From Schizochytrium sp. TIO01 (lineage: Eukaryota > Protista > Bigyra: Labyrinthulomycetes), in assembly GCA_004764695.1 (NCBI GenBank), contig SMSO01000005.1:372001-436000 (forward strand): a stretch of DNA of 64,000 nucleotides, read 5' to 3'. The notes below the pieces were generated by a model. It saw only the letters and a list, made by a program, of their open reading frames with translations. It had not been told where the DNA came from and did no database searches. Made by a program: the position numbers and the translations under genes. Positions 38,051-46,748 of the stretch are shown in pieces. Positions within the stretch are counted from its first letter, which is position 1, and every line of letters begins with the position of its first letter.

Positions 38051-38819
38051 AGCGTGGCAGTTCGCCACAAATGTGCAATATGCTTGTGCGGAGGCTCAGT
38101 GATAGTATTCTTAATTATATATAGCTGAAATAGACTAGAGTAATTGCTATGTGCGTTCTTCTTTGGATCAAAAACAAAATTTAAAGCTAAATGCCTCCTC
38201 CCGCCGCACATTTGAAGCCATATCTCTCATAGAACGCACATCAGAAAACTCGCCAACACAACAACAATATTTTTGTGAAGGAAATTAGAACTTTGCCTCA
38301 GATTTTTTGGTATTCTCTGGTATGTTTCCTTCGCCCCCCGCGCGTGCGATCTTGGAGTTTTGGACCTTTGGTTGGCGTGGAGAATGGGCTTAGTTTAGTA
38401 TAAAATTGAAACGAAAAGTATCTACCTACTTTCTCTATTGGTAGGCTCTTCATAGGACTACTACAATAGCACTGCTATAATTTTGACTATTCGAGAATAG
38501 AAGAAGAAGTATCCCTCTGTGCACTCACTCAAGAGAAGTCCCAGAATTAGCCACGACGCGGCCCGTGTCTTCAAAGTGGTCTGTTGTTTACCTTGATTGC
38601 AGTGTACAGACTTGAAAAGCTCTCAACACTAGATACCTCGGCGAAAGCCTTCCAGAGGAATCGCAAACAGCAGTACGAATCTAGTACTGTGGCATCGTGC
38701 ATCGTTTCACTGCAGTGCATAATCGAACCCTCAAATCCCTGGGGACACGCTGACGCAGACAGGTATACGAGCGCGAGCGATCTGGAGAGACGAAGTTAAA
38801 CGGGTAAAGGATCAGAGAG

Positions 38820-40010
38820 ATGCTAACCCCAATGTTTGAGCTGGTGCAAAGTGGTGACATAAAGGGAGTTGAAAAGGCCCTTCGTGATGATCCTGGAAAA
38901 GTCAACAAGATCGTAACTACAACGCAAGATACTCCTCTAACATGGGCACTCAACCCAAATAGTGGAATGCACCCTGAGATTGCAGAATTGTTAGTTCAAC
39001 ACAATGCTCAGATCGATGCACAGAACGAGGAGGGATGGAATGCTCTCATGCTGGCGTGCCGCTACGACCAGCCAGAGATTGCACTCTCCCTGATTCACAG
39101 AGGTGCCAATCTCGACGCAAAAAAGCACGACGGTGGTACAGCGTTAATGATTGCATGTCGCCATGGACAGGCCAAAATCGCAGAAGAGATCATACACAAA
39201 GATGTGGATGTCAACGCCCAGGATGTGGAGGGTTGGACTGCGCTCATGCTGGCTTGCCACCATGATCTTGCTGAAATAGCACAGCTCCTCATTGCTCGTG
39301 GCGCGAATCTTGATTTTGTTCAGTCGCAAGGCTGGACTGCTCTCATGTTTGCATGCTCGTTTGGGCTTCCTAAAGTAGTGGAAGCTATCATCAAGCGCGG
39401 TGCAAACCTCAATAAAACTAACAACAATGGATCCACAGCACTCATGCTGGCCTGCGCACAACCATTATATGCTCATGTGAGTCAGGAATCTCTACTCGAG
39501 GCGGCCAAGGCATGTTGGGCAGGCGGAGCTGACCCTCACATCCATAATATCGTTGGGCAAACGGCTTTACTTATTGCACAGGAAGAGCATCGGGAAGATG
39601 CTGTTCGCTTTCTTGAATTCGTTACCTCTTCCGAGCTGGCGATCGTTCTTCGAGATCAGCTGGAGATGCCCCGCAGCGTGGCTATCACGTTTTACAACAA
39701 TGAGGTCCTCACTTCGCAAGACTGTGCGCAGCTCCGCGCCTCTGATCTCGAAGCTATGGGCATTGACACAGTTATGAAACGTCGCAAACTTCTTAACTTC
39801 TTCAGCCCATCGCCCGCCCCTCCCTCCCCTTCTATTGAGCAGTCGATGCCGCAGCCCCAGCCACCACACTCTGATCCTGAACCAAGTGCGCCACCACTGG
39901 CCACGTATTCTCACTCAGTCAAAACTGAACTTGATCAGCCTCAGCATATCCAAGCAAATGCGCCTCGGCCAAGCGATGGAGATGCTGCACTACCTTGCAC
40001 CCTGCAATAA
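38820..40010 (+). CDS. Ankyrin-repeat protein with SAM-like domain, Pro-rich tail, PSAP motif and C-terminal CaaX (paralogue 2)
   Basis: About 7 ankyrin repeats (GWTALMLAC). SAM-like LEMPRSVAITFYNNEVLTSQDCAQLRASDLEAMGIDTVMKRRKLL, colinear with paralogue 1. Ends ...EPSAPP...LPCTLQ*. Confidence 0.92.
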   Translation: MLTPMFELVQSGDIKGVEKALRDDPGKVNKIVTTTQDTPLTWALNPNSGMHPEIAELLVQHNAQIDAQNEEGWNALMLACRYDQPEIALSLIHRGANLDAKKHDGGTALMIACRHGQAKIAEEIIHKDVDVNAQDVEGWTALMLACHHDLAEIAQLLIARGANLDFVQSQGWTALMFACSFGLPKVVEAIIKRGANLNKTNNNGSTALMLACAQPLYAHVSQESLLEAAKACWAGGADPHIHNIVGQTALLIAQEEHREDAVRFLEFVTSSELAIVLRDQLEMPRSVAITFYNNEVLTSQDCAQLRASDLEAMGIDTVMKRRKLLNFFSPSPAPPSPSIEQSMPQPQPPHSDPEPSAPPLATYSHSVKTELDQPQHIQANAPRPSDGDAALPCTLQ

Positions 40011-40099
40011 ATCTCTACACAAAGTTTTTCCGCATGTGAGGTCAATCCCTTTCCATGCATATCAGTGCTTAACAAAATCAAGACCCAAACCTACTACTA

Positions 40100-40500
40100 C
40101 ACATTGTAAAGTAGTGGAGCAAAACTCATAAATTTCTAAAGACATCCGTCATTTGTTTAAAAGGTTCGCTTTTTCAAGATTTTCAGGCTGCCTACTTACT
40201 CGTTCGTAATCCGAGGTTCTTTCAATGTTACCTTCCTAGGTACTACGTACCCATTCTCACTAGTGAGAGGCAACCCATTCACATCTTTTTCAGCTTAGGT
40301 AACAAACCAAATCAATTACTCGTGAGTACTATTACGTTGGAAAGATTGCTCATAATCCCATCGCAGTCAGAATACTGGACCTCTACGGAAGACAGCAGCT
40401 AATCTAATGTGAGAATTCGACTCTACACTTGAGCCTTGTTACGCTTTATGAAGGGCTCACCACTTTTGAAGAGTCTCTCAATAAGACTTTCTCGGCGGAC
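40100..40500 (+). pseudogene. Short decayed LRR relic
   Basis: EQNS*ISKDIRHLFK (40117), KIAHNPIAV (40342) and PLLKSLSI (40460). Confidence 0.4.
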
Positions 40501-40543
40501 CATTGATTTCTTACTTGAGGACCGTCTCTTGCTTGGTCCCAAA

Positions 40544-40573
40544 CCTAACCTAACCTAACCTAACCTAACCTAA
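40544..40573 (-). repeat. (TTAGG)6 interstitial telomere-like repeat
   Basis: Six perfect CCTAA units on the + strand. Confidence 0.85.
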
Positions 40574-42469
40574 CAAACCTCCTATGTACATCCTGTGCAT
40601 TGGACTGACATCATACATTCATCCCTGCCTGTATCCAGACCCGAAACCCCAATAACTCATATATCATCCTCTTTCTCTTTCTCCTGAGTTCGCCATCCTT
40701 GTCAGACTACCTCTGCACGCTTCAGAGCACAAGCTACTCTGCAATCGTCCCTTATGAGCTTCGCAGAATTCTTGAAGCTCGCTAGTACCTAGTATATTCC
40801 ATTTTAAGTGAGGCCTTGAGTCCGTATCTCCTCCGGCGCCGCCTCCAGCACGGCTAGCCAGCCAGCCATCCACCCTCCCAGCTCCGATGTCGGTTCTCCT
40901 TCCATCCTGGCTTCCCACGTGTCGCTTTCGAGACCTTTGCTGGTCTTCCTCGCTGCCTGAGCGAGTTCCACGCGGATCCTGTGGCGCCTCGCTCGAGAGC
41001 GCCCACGCCGCGACTCCTGGCGCCCCATGCTAAACTCGTATCAGCGTCTCCGGAGCAAGCCTTTTACACGTGCCGATCTGCGTTGCTCAAACCGACAGAC
41101 CCGAGTTTCCCTCTTAGAGCGCCCGTTAGTAAGTTCGAAGTCGATTTAGAAGTCGATTTACAGCTTGAATGCGTTTCATTTACAATACACAGTGCCGCCA
41201 TCAGCACAGAAGAGCTGCGAGACCTGGACGAGGAGCGCATCGGCCTCCACTCAGTGCGGCAGTCGTTGGGCTTTGGGGCGATTAATTCTGAAGCAGCGCG
41301 ATCCTTCCACGGAGAAGCAGGCTGCTCTTATAGGAAGGAAAGAGTGTCTGTTTGTGTCTATGTAAGAGTATCATGTATGAAGTACCTACCTACTACTACT
41401 TCTACTACTACTACGTACTTCCTAGGGCACAGTAAGTAGCGGCAGTGCCAGTAGCAGTCAGCTACCGCCTGCCTAGCGCACGCGGCGCTTCGAGGTCCAG
41501 GGAGGTATTACATTCCATTGCATTGGTGCATTGAAGAATTGGAGACCCAGGAGAGGTTTTGGCGGCCACGAGACATGGGCCGCGGCGGGAGGTATCTTGT
41601 TAGTTAGCAAGCACGCGTCGTAGCCACCAGCGACTGTGTCTTCAGGCTCTGCCGGGATCATGAAATAGCTATCACACTTGGTCTCGCTGTGCTGCTCCGG
41701 TTAGGAGCTTCCTAGTCTAAACATTAGCAATCGCCCGAAGGTGGACATGGCAAAGCGCTGAGGTCTCCAAGAGGCCTATAGTTTATTATAGTAGTAGCGT
41801 AGTACTTCCCTGTAATGAATGAATGAATGAATGAATGAATGAATGACGGATTTAGTCTGATTTCTTTCTATATGTATATGAAGACTCACTTTGGTTGAAG
41901 GACTGAAGAATTGAAGAAACGGAACAAATCCACTGCTGGCTGCGGACGCGGGAGCAGGGCTGGCAGCGCCGTCGGGCCTGCAGACTGCGGCCACCTTATG
42001 GTGGAGCTGTCTCCACTCGGGTGCATTCACAGCGACGCTGGTCCGTCTGTTCTTCGGGTCGCTGCGATGAATGAGATATATATATATATACCTTGGGTTC
42101 CAAAGAATTATAATGTTGCGAAGAAACTGTTTATTTTCAGGCGCCTTAGAACTGGAAAATTGCTACCAATAACACTTAGGAGGGGCTAGAGGTCGGGCCT
42201 CTTTTCTTTTTCTTTTCTTTTTCTTTTTCTTTTTCTTTTTCTTTTTCTTTTCTCTTTTGGAGCCTATGGGTTGATAGTGAAAAGCGGAGAGAGTAATAGG
42301 AGAATCTGAAGGAGGTAGGTACGTAGGCACTACTTACTTACCTCAGCAAAGCCAAATCCCGCGCGCTCTTGCCGAAGCGTGCGAGGGAAGTCTTCCTTTC
42401 GTGGAGAGAAGACCCCTGCTGAGTTGCTCGCGGAAATCTTCGTGGCTGGGTCTTCATAGTTTCATAAAT

Positions 42470-44188
42470 ATGCCTGCCAAAATGCGGCTTCGTCATGGCG
42501 CTAAACCGAACCAGGCGGCAGGCATGACGAACTTGGAAACCCCGACGACAGCGACGAACACCGCCCCAAACGGAGCTAGCTCTACGATTATGAACAACCC
42601 TGGGGCAACCGGGCTGAATTCTAACAGCGCTCCTTCTGCAGTAAGCTCCGCAGGAGGTACTGCCGGAAGCGTCATGCATTTCTGGCGCAGGGCTCGCGAG
42701 GGCGGCGTTACTGATAATGCATGGGTTAATCTCAACGAAGAGTACTCTCGAATTATGGTTATGAAAGAAGTGCTTACAACTCGCGTGCATCGGAAACGCG
42801 AGAATCTACGAGAAGAACTGCACAACATCAAAGTTGGTGCGCGTGCAAAGGTTCGCAGCTTTAAGGACATTTTGGTGCATTACTTACAGCTCCTGTTGCT
42901 ACTAGGTCCCGTTGTGGGCTGCGTAGTATACGTGTGCAGAGAACATCCATGGCTTTTACTTGCAGGTGCGGTCTATGCCATGGGTGTTGTTCTATACTTG
43001 CTATTTGCACTGGTTGTGCCCACAAACCCACACAGAGGCGTGCGTTGGTTCAAGCCCTACGAACTTGGCCCCGAGGAATGCGCTCGTATCGCTAAAGCTG
43101 TAAATAGTGCTGATAAACGCGTATTAGAAAACCCTCCGCAACAAATGTGGACATCAGAAGACAAGGAAAAGCCTCTCTTCATTCTCTCACTTGACGGTGG
43201 CGGTATCCGAGGTGCAGTTACTGCTCGCATTCTGGAGCGCATCAGCGATGAATTCCCGGAACTCATGGACAGGGTTGGCCTGGTTGCAGGCTGCTCCACA
43301 GGCTCCATCGTTGGTGGTATGTTGGCAACAGGCTTTTCACCATCTGAGACATTAGAGATGTTTCGTGTTTGCTCCCCGCTTGTGTTTCGGAAAACAATCT
43401 GGGGGCAGCTTAAGCAGCTTGGTATGTTGGCTGGCCCTAACCATGATGGTGAGGGAAAGCTTGCCATGTTGCGTACTGCTTTTAGAGGCTTGCGTCTCGG
43501 TGAACTCACAAAGGGCATCTGCATTACAGCGTCCCACGTCAAGCACAACTACTGCGTACCCCGCATCTGGACTAATGTTATTCCGCCTTCAGAGACTGCC
43601 TATGTGGGCCATCATGTTTTCGATGATGAGAATGATGATGTCCTTGATGAAGACACGCTCGCTAATGTGCAGGCTCACACGAAGCAGTTTTCTGTGCAGG
43701 ACCTCCCACTAGCAGACATTGTGAATGGTGCAACAGCTGCACCATTTTACTTCCCTGCGTTTCGAGACTTTGTGGACGGGGGGTTGTGGTCCAATGATCC
43801 CTCCATGGCTGCTCTTGCCATGGCTGCTCCACATCGCGACCTTGAAAAGGTCCACATTCTCTCTGTGTCAACCGGTGTCTCTGACTACAACCCAGCCTGC
43901 CGAGTTGGCCACTGGGGAGCCAAGCAGTGGCTTCCTTGGTTTGTTGACTTCCTTTTCTTCGCTACTTCCAAAGCTGCGCAATGCAACTGCAAGTCCATTC
44001 TCGGCGACCGCTACCATCGCGTGGATCCCATTCTTATTCGTCCGGTGTCTTTAAATGACGTTGGAGCTTTGGACGAACTCGTCCAGGCAGCAGACGCTTG
44101 TGACCTGGAGCCCACTTTTCGCTTCCTGGCACGCATGGGGCTGCAGCGCAAGTCGCAGCTCAGTACACATGATGAGCAACACCAATAG
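42470..44188 (+). CDS. Patatin-like phospholipase with two N-terminal transmembrane helices
   Basis: Oxyanion loop LSLDGGGIRG (43193), nucleophile elbow GCSTG (43289), AAPFYFP and catalytic DGG (43775). Hydrophobic segments ILVHYLQLLLLLGPVVGCVVYVC and WLLLAGAVYAMGVVLYLLFALVV. First ATG at 42470; the ORF-track start at 42401 is GTG. Confidence 0.93.
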   Translation: MPAKMRLRHGAKPNQAAGMTNLETPTTATNTAPNGASSTIMNNPGATGLNSNSAPSAVSSAGGTAGSVMHFWRRAREGGVTDNAWVNLNEEYSRIMVMKEVLTTRVHRKRENLREELHNIKVGARAKVRSFKDILVHYLQLLLLLGPVVGCVVYVCREHPWLLLAGAVYAMGVVLYLLFALVVPTNPHRGVRWFKPYELGPEECARIAKAVNSADKRVLENPPQQMWTSEDKEKPLFILSLDGGGIRGAVTARILERISDEFPELMDRVGLVAGCSTGSIVGGMLATGFSPSETLEMFRVCSPLVFRKTIWGQLKQLGMLAGPNHDGEGKLAMLRTAFRGLRLGELTKGICITASHVKHNYCVPRIWTNVIPPSETAYVGHHVFDDENDDVLDEDTLANVQAHTKQFSVQDLPLADIVNGATAAPFYFPAFRDFVDGGLWSNDPSMAALAMAAPHRDLEKVHILSVSTGVSDYNPACRVGHWGAKQWLPWFVDFLFFATSKAAQCNCKSILGDRYHRVDPILIRPVSLNDVGALDELVQAADACDLEPTFRFLARMGLQRKSQLSTHDEQHQ

Positions 44189-44399
44189 ATGCTCTGTTCA
44201 TCGATTGTCTTTTAAAATTACGTTCTCTTTTGCTTGCACACAAATGCCTTTTTCGTTGTGCGCTTTCTCAATCCGTACATTACCACCTTCGTTCACCGGT
44301 TTATCTTTCATATGAAACAATATCCCAACTTCGTGGCATTTTCACAACATTTCAAGAGATTCAGGCAATGAGCTCTTTTGTTTTTTTTTCAACTGTGGC

Positions 44400-45150
44400 A
44401 CATTCTTTTCTTAATTGTTTGTGAGAAAGCTTCTGCACTATGTACATCACCCCCCGATTCCTGCCAACTCTTTATCTAGCAAATGACCTTTGCGTTCTTA
44501 CCGCAAAGCGCGAAGCTTCCATATCTGACAAATATAATAACTTTAGACCTATATTCATCATGTTTATTTTCATTCCTTCTGCGAATCCTCAATTGTGATC
44601 AGTTGTAATTGCATATATTAACTAAGCAGTCTTGTTTCTAAGTATGATATCACTCTTGTATCATGTTTAATTTTCATGTTCGCTTGCGTGCTCCTGATGA
44701 GTTCAGATATTGAGAACTTGTAAACAAAAAGCAGCGTTGGTGTTGTAAGGTAACATTTTCGATCTTTTTGCCATACGAAACTTTTACATACTTTCATGAT
44801 AGATGCGTAGGAACGTGCTTGGTCCGAGAACTCGAGCACTACCTAAACCGATGTGCACAAAAGGGAGGCAATTTTAAGTTTTCGTTTTTAAGCTTTTCTT
44901 TTTCTTTTTACAAGCCTGCAAGGATTTGTTACAATGTAGAAAACGGGGATCGTCCCCAAAATTGTTTAAAATGTTTGATTTCATACAATTTTTACTAGGC
45001 TCAGGTTCGCTCACAATATGCCATCTAAAATAAGATATTTAGCGTCGGAGACTATGTCTCTATTGACATAAAAACTTTTGTGAGATAGTAGAAGAATGCT
45101 TCCTTCAAATGTAGTTCTTTTCCCTTGCACTTGTTTTCTGAGGTATCACG
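44400..45150 (+). pseudogene. Decayed LRR gene relic
   Basis: One frame ~44489-44608 reads FAFLPQSAKLPYLTNIITLDLYSSCLFSFLLRILNCDQL*. Then PDEFRY* (44693), GNIFDL/LPYETF (~44749) and MPSKIRYLAS (45018). Confidence 0.6.
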
Positions 45151-45260
45151 TTACCCCAATGCCAATAGGAACCCTACTACCACCTGACTAACGAGATCGG
45201 ATCATCAGTCTGCAAATGCCTAAGTTATAAAAGGAGTAGGAAAAAAACAAAAACAAAAAA

Positions 45261-46748
45261 CTATGAAGATGCTGTGGGAGGCTGCTCTGGTGCATCCAAC
45301 TCTTTCCAAGCAGCTGGGGTATCAAATGCAACCTGTTGTTGAAACTTGCGTTGTAAAAATGAACGAACCCATTGCTCATAGCGAAAGTTGCCCAAATAAT
45401 CGTGCATGAGCAGAAATAGTGTTGGAGATGAAATGACCTCTGGGTGTTTAGCACAAAACTTGTTAATTACTCTGTGCGCATCTCGGTGAGCAATGTGGTT
45501 CATCATATTAGAAACAGCCTCAAGAAAAGTTCGCGCATCTTCTTCTGCAACGCCAGGAATATTGTCTAAACGATGAGCAGCCTTCGGATCCAAAAACTTC
45601 AACGATAAACCATCCCATGCACGTGGGTATGGAGTTCCAGACTCGAGAGGATGGAAAAAGGTGGAAAACGTTTTCGGAACTACATTGTATCCAAACGAAC
45701 CGTCTTCCTTTCGCGAAGTCTCCCAGCCATGAAGCTTAAGGAGTTGCCGCCCCCTTGCAGTATGCGCAAACAGACCCATTGTAGTAATAGCGGTTCCACG
45801 CAGGGCAAGACAATCTGAACGCGCAGCCAAGTTACAAATAACACGTAGCAAATCCGTTGGGCTGCCATCGCGGTCCCGCAAGGTATGACTTTCCTCTTCC
45901 AATGCATGCAAGCCAGCTTCGGACGACGCAATATGGCTCACCGACCATAAAGTGGCGCGCTGGTGAAGCTTGGGCTGGCTGTCATCTTGAAGTTTGTCAA
46001 CCATATCTTGGACATTAAGACATCCTCGAGAGCGCAGGTAATTAGCGCCTGCACTCGTTCGAGCTACCTCCCCAAACATGTGGCTTGGAATGTACGGCGC
46101 ATTTGGACAGTCCGGACGACAAGTGAGATAAAAGGAAATCTTACGCAGACGAGTTGGTCCTCTGCCACTGCCCACACTGCTCAAAGTTGAAGTAGATCCA
46201 TCAGCAGCAAAACTGCTTTTTTGAAAACTAAATGTGGCAGGGCATCCTGCTCCTGGACAGACAGTGAAAGAATCTTGATCCGCCATGTCTTCATCCACTG
46301 ACCAGAGCCTCAAGTGTTCTGGGCCACATTTGATCCAGGTGACTTCGTCATCAAGATTGTCATGCGTTTCACGAGTTGTGAGGGGGAAATCCAAGTGATA
46401 GACAATGTCTGCATGATCGCGAGAGTTCGCATAGTTGTACGTTAAGGACGCGTTATCCACCATGTTCACCGAACTATTGGCATACAAGGCTGCTGAGCTT
46501 GCTCGTCGAACGCGATCACTCATTGGAACTTGAAAATCCCCTCCGCCCTCGGGTACAGGATTTACAATACCATTTCGCCGCACCGGGTCGCCTCCCAATG
46601 TTAAACAGGCGTACAATGTTGTACCCTCAGGAACATCAAAACCTTCATCAAGAGATGGAATCGCTGAAATGGAAAGTCCATGCAGCAATGAAGGCATTCC
46701 CATCGTCACTAAGCTCTTTTGCAACAATTTCAGGTTCGTCAACACCAA
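45261..46748 (-). CDS. RICTOR: RICTOR (TORC2 subunit), C-terminal part including RICTOR_V; continuation of the upstream ORF in the +1 frame
   Basis: PSHMFGEVARTSAGANYL and QRATLWSVSHIASSEAGLHAL...LAARSDCLALRGTAITTMGLFAHTARGRQLLKLHGWE match the RICTOR/Avo3 C-terminal block. Overlaps the upstream ORF by 101 bp and the ORF-track start is TTG. Confidence 0.85.
   Translation of the reverse strand: MVLTNLKLLQKSLVTMGMPSLLHGLSISAIPSLDEGFDVPEGTTLYACLTLGGDPVRRNGIVNPVPEGGGDFQVPMSDRVRRASSAALYANSSVNMVDNASLTYNYANSRDHADIVYHLDFPLTTRETHDNLDDEVTWIKCGPEHLRLWSVDEDMADQDSFTVCPGAGCPATFSFQKSSFAADGSTSTLSSVGSGRGPTRLRKISFYLTCRPDCPNAPYIPSHMFGEVARTSAGANYLRSRGCLNVQDMVDKLQDDSQPKLHQRATLWSVSHIASSEAGLHALEEESHTLRDRDGSPTDLLRVICNLAARSDCLALRGTAITTMGLFAHTARGRQLLKLHGWETSRKEDGSFGYNVVPKTFSTFFHPLESGTPYPRAWDGLSLKFLDPKAAHRLDNIPGVAEEDARTFLEAVSNMMNHIAHRDAHRVINKFCAKHPEVISSPTLFLLMHDYLGNFRYEQWVRSFLQRKFQQQVAFDTPAAWKELDAPEQPPTASS

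Noticed and set aside
45261-46748. Treating the 495-aa ORF as an independent gene
   Set aside because: It encodes the RICTOR C-terminal domain missing from the overlapping upstream ORF.
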